This document shows, piece after piece, positions 1-8,045 of a DNA stretch of 64,000 nt. The DNA is from Mucilaginibacter sp. (GTDB lineage Bacteria > Bacteroidota > Bacteroidia > Sphingobacteriales > Sphingobacteriaceae): NCBI GenBank assembly GCA_035492275.1, contig DATJJI010000163.1, positions 3,141-67,140 on the forward strand, in the 5' to 3' direction. The first letter of the stretch is position 1, and each line of letters opens with the position of its first letter. Both the position numbers and the translations under genes were made by a program. The notes beneath the pieces are model-generated. The model had not been told where the DNA came from. It did no database searches and was given only the letters and a program-made list of their open reading frames with translations.

Positions 1-478
1 ATATTTTTTTCCCTTTGGTACTATTTATAGGCTCGCTAATGCCCAGGTATCGCGCCAGCACACGGTACACATTGCCATCAACAACGGCCCTGGCTTCGTT
101 GCTTGAAAAAGAGGAGATAGCAGCGGCCGTATATTCGCCAATACCTTTTAGTTTGATCAGTTCATCGTAAGTATCCGGAAAGCGGCCGTTGTATTGCTCT
201 TGCACCATGCGGGCGGTTTTAAGCATGTTACGGCCGCGCGAGTAGTATCCCAATCCCTGCCATAGCTTTAATATGTCGTCTTCGCCGGCTGCGGCAAAGC
301 TGCTCACATCCGGATATTTTTCGACAAAACGATAAAAATAAGGCAAGCCCTGCTCAACGCGGGTTTGTTGTAAAATAACTTCCGAGAGCCATATAATATA
401 CGCGTTTTTGGTGTGTCGCCAGGGCAGGTCGCGTTTGTTGTAATTGTACCATTTTACCAGCTCGTCAGAGAAATTCAT
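1..478 (-). CDS. mutY: A/G-specific adenine glycosylase MutY (5' part; runs off the window)
   Basis: Manual translation from ATG at 478: MNFSDELVKWYNYNKRDLPWRHTKNAYIIWLSEVILQQTRVEQG...LGYYSR...GIGEYTAAA, the typical MutY HhH-GPD N-terminus. Not in the ORF track. Confidence 0.95.
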   Translation of the reverse strand, partial: MNFSDELVKWYNYNKRDLPWRHTKNAYIIWLSEVILQQTRVEQGLPYFYRFVEKYPDVSSFAAAGEDDILKLWQGLGYYSRGRNMLKTARMVQEQYNGRFPDTYDELIKLKGIGEYTAAAISSFSSNEARAVVDGNVYRVLARYLGISEPINSTKGKKI

Positions 479-608
479 GACTGGCAAAAATATGCGATTA
501 ACTGCTTAATTGAATGGCATTTGTAAAGATTATGTAGTAATTATATAGTACTTTTCGCTCTATCGAAAAAAAATGCGCTAATTATTTCGTGCTTTAGTAA
601 TAAAGCAA

Positions 609-616
609 TACTTTTG
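609..616 (+). promoter_or_regulatory. Bacteroidota sigma-A -7 box (TACTTTTG) for the HU operon
   Basis: Matches TAnnTTTG, about 50 nt upstream of the HU start. Confidence 0.6.
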
Positions 617-666
617 CAACCCCAAAACAGTTAAGTAATTATATTTTAATTAAAGGAAAATCGGAT

Positions 667-966
667 ATGACTAAAGCAGAAATTATAACTGAAATCTCAT
701 CAAAAACAGGAATTGAAAAGATTGATGTACAAGAAACCGTTGAGGCGTTTTTTAAGGTAGTTAAAAACTCGATGGTTGGCGGCGAAAATGTTTATGTGAG
801 AGGATTTGGTAGTTTCGTAGTAAAGAAAAGAGCCAAAAAAACAGCGCGTAATATTTCAAAAAATACTGCTATCATCATCCCTGAGCACTTTGTGCCAAGC
901 TTTAAACCAGCTAAAACTTTTGTTGAGAAAGTTAAAACCGGCAATAAAACAGCTAAAGCAAAATAA
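667..966 (+). CDS. HU/IHF-family DNA-binding protein
   Basis: MTKAEII...VYVRGFGSF...ARNISKN..I.IP...PSFKP motif. Confidence 0.95.
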   Translation: MTKAEIITEISSKTGIEKIDVQETVEAFFKVVKNSMVGGENVYVRGFGSFVVKKRAKKTARNISKNTAIIIPEHFVPSFKPAKTFVEKVKTGNKTAKAK

Positions 967-972
967 GCAGCG

Positions 973-1830
973 ATGAATAAGAAACAAATAGTTGTAGTAG
1001 TAGCTGTAGTAGCTATCATGGGCTATTTGTATTCGTTACCCGTTAAGGGTTTAATAAAAGCCAGCGAAACGCACGACAACGCCAAGGCCGCCCCGGCTGC
1101 CACAGCAACTCCGCGCCCAGCTGCAACAGCGACCGTCGAAATGGTATCTGAACCGGCAAAAGCAGCCATTGGCCCGGCTTTATCGGCAAAGATCAATGAC
1201 CTGGAAGGCCAGTTAAAAAATGCCACCAGCGATGCCGACAAGCTGAAGCTTGAAAAACAGTTAGCCAGCCATTGGGACGATGTTAATCAACCTGCACCGG
1301 CTGCATTCTATTACCTGGAAGCTGCCCGCAAGGATAATCAGCTAAGCGATTGGTTAAATGCCGGAAACCGCTTTAATGATGCCTTTAAGCTTACCCAGGA
1401 TACAACAGTTATGCCAACCTATCTGGCAAATGCAGTTGAGGCATTTCAAGGGGTGTTAAAACTTAAGCCTGAAAGTTTAGACGGAAAAACAGGATTAGGT
1501 GTTGCTTACGTAAATGGCGCGGCAAGCCCTATGCAGGGAATTGCCTTATTGCTTGAAGTAGTTAAGCAAGACCCAAACAATGAAAGCGCAAACCTTAATT
1601 TAGGTTTGTTCTCCATGAAATCGGGCCAGTACGATAAGGCTGTACAGCGTTTTAAAACCATTATTGCGCATAAGCCGGCGTTCGAGCCATACTTTTACCT
1701 GGCCGAAACGTATAAGCAGTTAGGGCAAAAAGCAGAAGCGATTGCAGCTTATCAAAAATGCAAAGAAATAATGCCCGACCCGGTTTTCGGTCAGCGCATT
1801 GATCAATATATTAAGGAATTAAAAAATTAA
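973..1830 (+). CDS. Membrane-anchored tetratricopeptide repeat protein
   Basis: N-terminal hydrophobic anchor and TPR-like helices (GQYDKAVQRF, LAETYKQLGQKAEAIAAY). Confidence 0.85.
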   Translation: MNKKQIVVVVAVVAIMGYLYSLPVKGLIKASETHDNAKAAPAATATPRPAATATVEMVSEPAKAAIGPALSAKINDLEGQLKNATSDADKLKLEKQLASHWDDVNQPAPAAFYYLEAARKDNQLSDWLNAGNRFNDAFKLTQDTTVMPTYLANAVEAFQGVLKLKPESLDGKTGLGVAYVNGAASPMQGIALLLEVVKQDPNNESANLNLGLFSMKSGQYDKAVQRFKTIIAHKPAFEPYFYLAETYKQLGQKAEAIAAYQKCKEIMPDPVFGQRIDQYIKELKN

Positions 1831-1850
1831 ACATTTAAAAAATTATTATT

Positions 1851-1940
1851 ATGCCAAGCGGTAAAAAACGTAAAAGACACAAAATGGCCACTCATAAACG
1901 TAAAAAACGTTTAAGAAAAAACAGGCACAAGAAAAAATAA
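1851..1940 (+). CDS. Small basic protein, 30S ribosomal protein bS22 (AURKAIP1/COX24/mS38-like), 29 aa
   Basis: ATG at 1851 gives MPSGKKRKRHKMATHKRKKRLRKNRHKKK*. A-rich leader, followed by a hairpin. Below the ORF-track cutoff. Confidence 0.9.
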   Translation: MPSGKKRKRHKMATHKRKKRLRKNRHKKK

Positions 1941-1941
1941 G

Positions 1942-1965
1942 CAAGCTGTTTAGCAGCTTATTTTT
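1942..1965 (+). terminator. Probable intrinsic terminator after bS22
   Basis: AAGCTG-tttag-CAGCTT followed by ATTTTT. Confidence 0.55.
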
Positions 1966-2078
1966 GCCTGATTTTATGGCGCGCAATTGCGCATACATTA
2001 TTGTTTTTACCCTATTATTTTAATATGCGGCAACCTGGCAACTATTGCCGGGCTTCCGTTTAAGAAATGGAGTAGCAG

Positions 2079-3629
2079 TTGATAAAAGAATTAATTATCG
2101 ATTCATCCCCCAACGGGGCTACCATTGCATTATTACAGGATAAACAACTTGTAGAACTACACAAAGAACAGATAAGTAACAATTATACTGTTGGCGATCT
2201 TTATCTGGGCCGTATTAAAAAAATAATGCCCGGTTTAAATGCCGCTTTTGTTGATGTAGGTTATGAGAAGGATGCATTTTTGCATTATCTTGATCTTGGT
2301 CCGCAGGTGCAAAGCCTGCTGAAATTAACCAAGCAAGTGCGTAGTGGTGGATACCAGTCGAAACTGTTAGATAATTTTAAGCTCGAGGGCGATATTAACA
2401 AAGGCGGAAAGGTCTCTGAAATATTAACCAAGAATCAGCTTATTCCTGTACAGATAGCAAAAGAGCCTATATCTACAAAAGGCCCGCGCTTAAGTTCAGA
2501 TATCTCGATAGCCGGCAGGTACGTAGTATTAGTACCCTTCTCTGAGGTGATCTCTATATCAAAAAAGATAAAGAGCAACACAGAGCGTAACCGCCTGCGT
2601 AAGATCGTAGAAAGTATAAAGCCAAAAAATTTCGGTGTTATTATCCGTACCGTTTCCGAAGGGAAGGGTGTGGCCGAGATGCAAAAGGATTTGCTCGACC
2701 TGATCTCGAAATGGGAGCAGTTCATTACCCGCCTGCCATCGGTTGAGCCGGGTAAAAAGGTTTTAGGTGAAATTGGCCGTACCTCGACCATCCTGAGGGA
2801 CATATTAAACCCCGATTTTCAGAACATCTATCTAAACGATGCCGGCCTGTATGAAGAGGTTAAGCAATACGTTCATGATATTTCGCCTGATCTGGAAAGC
2901 ATTGTAAAGCTGCACAAACACAAAGAACCGCTGTTTGAGCACTTTGGTGTTGATAAGCAAATAAAAGGCGCCTTCGGCAAAACGGTAAACCTAGCAGGCG
3001 GTGCTTACCTGGTTATTGAACATACCGAAGCGCTGCACGTTATTGATGTGAACAGCGGTAACCGCACAGCTAATAAAGAAAACCAGGAAGAGAACGCTTT
3101 CCAGGTTAACAAAGAGGCTGCTAAAGAAATTGCACGCCAGTTGCGCCTGCGCGATATGGGCGGTATTGTGGTGATCGATTTTATCGATATGCACAAACCT
3201 ACCAACCGCAAAGACCTGTTCGATTACCTGCGTACCGAAATGTCGTTGGATCGTGCAAAGCATACCATTTTGCCGCCAAGCAAGTTTGGGCTGGTACAAA
3301 TTACCCGCCAGCGCGTAAGGCCAGAAATGAACATTGTTACCAGCGAGGTTTGCCCGGCCTGCCACGGCACCGGCACCATACGCCCAACCATATTACTGCT
3401 GGACGATATTGAAAACAACTTTAACTACGTTTTAACCGAACAAAACGAAAAAGGCATTACCCTTTGCATACACCCCTACATTGAGGCTTACATACGCCAG
3501 GGCTTTATAACCCGCCAAATGAAATGGTTCTTTAAATACGGCCAGTGGATAAAAGTTAAAAGCAACCCGGCTTACCAAATTACCGAGTTCCATTTCTTCT
3601 CCTCAAAAGACGAAGAGATTAAGTTATAA
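2079..3629 (+). CDS. Ribonuclease E/G (Rne/Rng family)
   Basis: S1 domain (GLNAAFVDVG), KGPRLS, VIDVNSG, RLRDMGGIVVIDFIDM, CPACHGTG Zn-link. Confidence 0.95.
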   Translation: MIKELIIDSSPNGATIALLQDKQLVELHKEQISNNYTVGDLYLGRIKKIMPGLNAAFVDVGYEKDAFLHYLDLGPQVQSLLKLTKQVRSGGYQSKLLDNFKLEGDINKGGKVSEILTKNQLIPVQIAKEPISTKGPRLSSDISIAGRYVVLVPFSEVISISKKIKSNTERNRLRKIVESIKPKNFGVIIRTVSEGKGVAEMQKDLLDLISKWEQFITRLPSVEPGKKVLGEIGRTSTILRDILNPDFQNIYLNDAGLYEEVKQYVHDISPDLESIVKLHKHKEPLFEHFGVDKQIKGAFGKTVNLAGGAYLVIEHTEALHVIDVNSGNRTANKENQEENAFQVNKEAAKEIARQLRLRDMGGIVVIDFIDMHKPTNRKDLFDYLRTEMSLDRAKHTILPPSKFGLVQITRQRVRPEMNIVTSEVCPACHGTGTIRPTILLLDDIENNFNYVLTEQNEKGITLCIHPYIEAYIRQGFITRQMKWFFKYGQWIKVKSNPAYQITEFHFFSSKDEEIKL

Positions 3630-3712
3630 CAGATTTGCAAATGTATCCCGAAGGTTCGGGACCGAATGTGCAGATGTTTTTAGTAGCATCTGCACATTTG
3701 TTTTATGCACAT

Positions 3713-3805
3713 TTGTCATTTTGAGCATAGCGAAAAATCTTCTCAAAGCTATCAGTAATCGGGATGCAAAGTGTATAAGATCCTTCGCTATGCTCAGGAT
3801 GACAA
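3713..3805. repeat. REP-like inverted-repeat doublet (TTGTCAT..GAGCATAGCGAA...)
   Basis: TTGTCATTTTGAGCATAGCGAAAAATCTT ... AAGATCCTTCGCTATGCTCAGGATGACAA. Confidence 0.8.
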
Positions 3806-3807
3806 TC

Positions 3808-3966
3808 TTATTTAATTTTTAGCTTCTTTTTGACTGGATATAAACCGGTTGACTTTACAATTGGAGCAACAGGCTTTGATACAATCGTCTCCTTCGGCAC
3901 GCTTTCTTTATCCTCAGCATACGCATTGGGTATCCATTCTAAATTTATTTTGCGATGAGCTTCCAT
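3808..3966 (-). CDS. Small hypothetical protein (52 aa) between two REP-like doublets
   Basis: MEAHRKINLEWIP...KKKLKIK. A -7 box TAAATTTG lies at 3989-3982, just upstream of the ATG at 3966. Confidence 0.45.
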   Translation of the reverse strand: MEAHRKINLEWIPNAYAEDKESVPKETIVSKPVAPIVKSTGLYPVKKKLKIK

Positions 3967-3992
3967 TACACTAATATACCACAAATTTATCA

Positions 3993-4107
3993 TCTTGTCA
4001 TTTCGATAGAGCCGGATAGGTATAGCGTTGGCGCGAAAGAGAAATCTTATATAAGCGATTATTAGCGCGACGTATAAGATTTCTCTCTATCGTTCGAAAT
4101 GACAAGA
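3993..4107. repeat. REP-like inverted-repeat doublet (TCTTGTCATTTCGA...TCGAAATGACAAGA)
   Basis: 14-bp terminal inverted repeat plus inner GAGAAATCTTAT/ATAAGATTTCTC arms. Confidence 0.8.
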
Positions 4108-4207
4108 ATTATTAGGCAAAGTATTTTACTAAATTACTTAGCAAAATACTTTGCTATCTCCAAACAAATCCGCACATTTGCACATATACATATCTGCATA
4201 TCTTAAC

Positions 4208-5719
4208 ATGGCCAAAACCAAAATCGCTTATTTTTGCCAAAGCTGCGGCTTCGAATCGGCCAAGTGGCTGGGTAAATGCCCTTCGTGTCAGCAATGGAAC
4301 ACTTTTGTTGAAGAGGTGATTGAAAAGGACAATAAATCCGTCCCCACCTGGAAAGTAAGCAGCACCACCCAGCAGCGCGCCAACAAACCCGTTGAGGTTG
4401 CCGATATCACTTTTACCGAAGAGGACCGCCTGATCACATCAGACAAAGAGTTTAACCGCGTTTTAGGTGGTGGCATTGTAGCAGGATCATTAGTGCTGAT
4501 AGGCGGTGAGCCGGGCATCGGTAAATCAACCCTGATGCTGCAGCTGGCATTGAATATGCCAAATTTGAAAGTACTTTATATATCGGGCGAGGAAAGTGAG
4601 AAGCAGATCAAGATGCGGGCGGAGCGTCTCACAGAAGTTGGCAGTAAACCGTTGACAGTTGACAGTCAAAATAAATCCGAAATCGAACATCCGAAACGGC
4701 GTAGCCCTCTTGAACACCTTGAAAAAACAAACGATGGTGAAAAATCCGAAATTAATAATGGCTGTTACATTCTCACCGAAACATCTACCCAAAACATATT
4801 TAAGCAGATTGAAGAATTGGAGCCCGACCTGGTAGTGGTGGATTCTATACAAACTTTGCACTCATCACACATAGAATCTACGCCGGGCAGTGTATCGCAG
4901 GTGCGGGAGTGTACGGCCGAATTGCTTCGTTTTGCGAAGGAGAGCGCTACCCCGGTATTCCTGATCGGCCATATCACCAAAGATGGAATGATTGCCGGCC
5001 CCAAAATACTGGAGCACATGGTTGATACCGTTTTACAGTTTGAGGGCGACAGGCATCATGTTTACCGCATTTTACGCACGGTTAAAAACCGGTTCGGTTC
5101 AGCATCCGAGCTGGGCATTTATGAAATGCTGGGCGAAGGTTTGCGCGAGGTATCAAACCCATCAGAGATATTGCTTTCGCAACGCGATGAACCTTTGAGC
5201 GGCATCACTATATCGGCCACTTTAGAAGGGATGAGACCTATGCTGATAGAAACCCAGGCATTGGTGAGCACATCGGCTTACGGTACGCCTCAGCGTAACG
5301 CAAATGGCTTTGACGGCAAACGAATGAGCATGCTGCTTGCGGTGTTAGAAAAGCGCTGCGGATTTAAGCTGGGTGCGCAGGATGTTTTCTTAAATATCAC
5401 CGGTGGTATAAAGGTAGAAGACCCTGCGATTGACCTGGGATTGGCGGCCGCTATTATATCATCTTACCAAAATATTCCAATCCCCTTTAAAACCTGCTTC
5501 GCTGCCGAGATCGGTTTATCAGGCGAGATAAGGGCGGTTAACAGGGTAGAGCAGCGTATAGCCGAGGCACAGAAACTGGGCTTTGAACGCATATTTATTT
5601 CGAAATATAATATGCCATCGGTCGCGCATGATAAAAAGCGCATGGACCTTTCACGCTACAGCATCGAGATCATAACCGTTTCGGCTGTTGAAGAAGTGTT
5701 TGAATTACTGTTCGGGTAA
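4208..5719 (+). CDS. radA: DNA repair protein RadA/Sms with an in-frame insertion of about 40 aa
   Basis: C4 Zn finger (CQSC..CPSC), Walker A GEPGIGKST, KNRFG motif, Lon-like C-terminus. ATG at 4208 preferred over the TTG at 4151. Confidence 0.97.
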   Translation: MAKTKIAYFCQSCGFESAKWLGKCPSCQQWNTFVEEVIEKDNKSVPTWKVSSTTQQRANKPVEVADITFTEEDRLITSDKEFNRVLGGGIVAGSLVLIGGEPGIGKSTLMLQLALNMPNLKVLYISGEESEKQIKMRAERLTEVGSKPLTVDSQNKSEIEHPKRRSPLEHLEKTNDGEKSEINNGCYILTETSTQNIFKQIEELEPDLVVVDSIQTLHSSHIESTPGSVSQVRECTAELLRFAKESATPVFLIGHITKDGMIAGPKILEHMVDTVLQFEGDRHHVYRILRTVKNRFGSASELGIYEMLGEGLREVSNPSEILLSQRDEPLSGITISATLEGMRPMLIETQALVSTSAYGTPQRNANGFDGKRMSMLLAVLEKRCGFKLGAQDVFLNITGGIKVEDPAIDLGLAAAIISSYQNIPIPFKTCFAAEIGLSGEIRAVNRVEQRIAEAQKLGFERIFISKYNMPSVAHDKKRMDLSRYSIEIITVSAVEEVFELLFG

Positions 5720-5722
5720 TTA

Positions 5723-7114
5723 CTATTGAACCGTCACTACAATTTTACGGATCACGTTATTACCAAAATCAGCCACGTACAGGTTTCCTTGCGCATCAAT
5801 GGTCAAACTGCTTGGGCTGCTAAATTTAGCGGCAGCACCAACACCGTCAGCATAACCGGTTGTATTTGCCGAACCTGCCAGCACATACAACACTTTTGAC
5901 GCGGTTATCTCCAGTATACGTCCTGAACTGTCTGCTATAAACAAATTGCCTTTCGAGTCAACCGCCAATCCTGTTGGTGTTCCAACCAGGGTTGGGAAAT
6001 TTAAATTACCTGCATAGGTAGAAACCGTACCGGTAGAGGTTATTTTACGGATAGCCTGATTTTTGAAATCGGCTACGTATACATTGCCTTGTGCGTCAAC
6101 AGTTAATGCCGTAGGGTAATTAAACAATGCAACACTTGGGTCGCCGTCAAGATATCCAAATACTGATGATTGGGTGTATCCTGTAGCAGCGATAGCACCC
6201 GCAAAAACACTTGCCACGCCGGCAGGTGTAATTTTACGGATCAAATTATTTGAACGATCGGCCACGTACACATTCCCCTGTGCATCGGTCGCGGTGCCTT
6301 GCGGGTTAAAGTACTCGGCTACTGTGGCCGCGCCATCAACATAACCTGCAGACGCATTGCCCGAAAACGTACTTACCGTACCGCCCGGGGTTATTTTACG
6401 GATAACGTTATTCCCCAGGTCTGCCACATAGGCATTGCCCTGTGCGTCAAATGAAATTCCTTTAGGGCCATAAAACATTGCTGTTGCAAGGGAGCCGTTT
6501 GCATAACCAATGGTAGCGTTGGATAGCGTAGCTGTGGTGCCGGTTGTTGTAACTGTTCTGATCAGATTATTGAAAACGTCACTTACATATAACAACCCCG
6601 TGCTTGAATTATAAGCTATATTTTGCGGACCGTCAAACAATACGCTTGCTCCGGCTCCGTCAGCAAAGCCCGAATTACTGGCACTGCCTGCAATGGTAGT
6701 CACTGTACCAATCGGCACAGCCGAAGTAGCATTGGTTGTAAAACTTATTACATCGCCGTAACCGGTACCTGTACTACCTGTAACATAAGCCCTTAAGTAA
6801 TACGTTGTATTAGGTGTTAACCCGGTTAATTTACTTACAAAACGAACCTGTATGCTGTCTGTAGTTTTTGGATCGGCAATTGTTGGTGTGTGGTTGGTTG
6901 TACTGTAACACACGCCGTTGGCAGCAATGTTATCCACGTTTAACCTGATGCCACCGGTGCTTACCGAGGTCGATGTCAGATTGGTTAAAACATTATTGGT
7001 TGCCACTACCGGTACCGAGTAAGGGGTATCGGGAGCTTTTTTACATCCGGTTACTGATGCTATAACAGCTATAAAGAATATAATTAAAAAAGTGCCTTGT
7101 AGCGATTTGTTCAT
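5723..7114 (-). CDS. NHL-repeat beta-propeller lipoprotein with an N-terminal Fn3-like domain
   Basis: Lipobox VTGC, LTGLTPNTTYYLRAY, repeated D.QGN.YVAD..N..IRKIT. Confidence 0.88.
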   Translation of the reverse strand: MNKSLQGTFLIIFFIAVIASVTGCKKAPDTPYSVPVVATNNVLTNLTSTSVSTGGIRLNVDNIAANGVCYSTTNHTPTIADPKTTDSIQVRFVSKLTGLTPNTTYYLRAYVTGSTGTGYGDVISFTTNATSAVPIGTVTTIAGSASNSGFADGAGASVLFDGPQNIAYNSSTGLLYVSDVFNNLIRTVTTTGTTATLSNATIGYANGSLATAMFYGPKGISFDAQGNAYVADLGNNVIRKITPGGTVSTFSGNASAGYVDGAATVAEYFNPQGTATDAQGNVYVADRSNNLIRKITPAGVASVFAGAIAATGYTQSSVFGYLDGDPSVALFNYPTALTVDAQGNVYVADFKNQAIRKITSTGTVSTYAGNLNFPTLVGTPTGLAVDSKGNLFIADSSGRILEITASKVLYVLAGSANTTGYADGVGAAAKFSSPSSLTIDAQGNLYVADFGNNVIRKIVVTVQ

Positions 7115-7452
7115 GTGTATTGAATAATATTACAATTCTGTTAGTCCGGCCCCGCTTTCCATTTTTGCCCCCGGCCTTATGCTTAACGCGGGTGCAAAGA
7201 TAGTTGTTTATTACGGCTTTAAAACCAAACTATTGTTTATGCTATATATATGGTTTACAAAAATAATTTTTAAATATAATTTATTTCATAGCTATTTATC
7301 TAAAGCGACAGCCTATTATGGCTTTTTTAACAAATATTAACATAATTAACGTGGTGATAGCCTGACTACAACGCAACATGGTTACGCTTAGTGTTTGATT
7401 TTTAAAAACTAATGTAAAAACAGCTTGTTGTACTTATGAAAAAACTATCGCT

Positions 7453-7914
7453 ATGAAAACGCTCCTTTTGTTATTTGCTGTTATTTTTTCTGTGCCGTTT
7501 TTGCCGCAAAGTCAGGCCCAGCTGCCGCATGGAACTATATATGGTACTAAGCCAAGTAAGGTTGCCATGGTTGAAGCCACCAAATTAGAGGCCTTTATGA
7601 ATAAAGAAACACGGACCTCTACAACCGTGCATGGCCGCGTAATCAAGGTAACCAAAGAAAAAGGCGGCTGGTTTGATATTGATGCGGGCGGGGGTAAAGT
7701 AATTGCCGCACACTTTAAAAACTACGGCATCAACACCCCGGCAAGTTTGGCCGGCCATATGGTAATTGCTGAAGGTGTGGCCCAAAAAACATTTATTGCC
7801 GATGATCTGCAGCATTTTGCAGGCGATACCGTAACCGGTAAAAAACAACACCAGGTAAAAACAGACCCAAAACGCAGGCTTACATTTGAGGTGACGGGAT
7901 TGATGGTGGAGTAA
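7453..7914 (+). CDS. Secreted OB-fold protein (DUF4920-like)
   Basis: Signal peptide, then YG...GRVIKV..EKGGW...EGVA...DDLQHFAGD pattern. Confidence 0.7.
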   Translation: MKTLLLLFAVIFSVPFLPQSQAQLPHGTIYGTKPSKVAMVEATKLEAFMNKETRTSTTVHGRVIKVTKEKGGWFDIDAGGGKVIAAHFKNYGINTPASLAGHMVIAEGVAQKTFIADDLQHFAGDTVTGKKQHQVKTDPKRRLTFEVTGLMVE

Positions 7915-8045
7915 CCCCCCCCAACCCCCTAAAGGGGGAGTTGATTTGCAGATTCATCAATTTAGATATCACATAAAAAGGCGATGTGTGTACATCGCCT
8001 TTTTATTATAAACCCATTTTACTCCCCCTTTAGGGGGTCGGGGGG
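7915..8045. repeat. REP-like inverted repeat (CCCCCCAACCCCCTAAAGGGGGAGT) enclosing a terminator
   Basis: Mirror copy ACTCCCCCTTTAGGGGGTCGGGGGG at about 8021-8045, between convergent genes. Confidence 0.8.
7973..8006. terminator. Bidirectional intrinsic terminator
   Basis: ATAAAAAGGCGATG-tgtgta-CATCGCCTTTTTAT between convergent genes. Confidence 0.8.
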
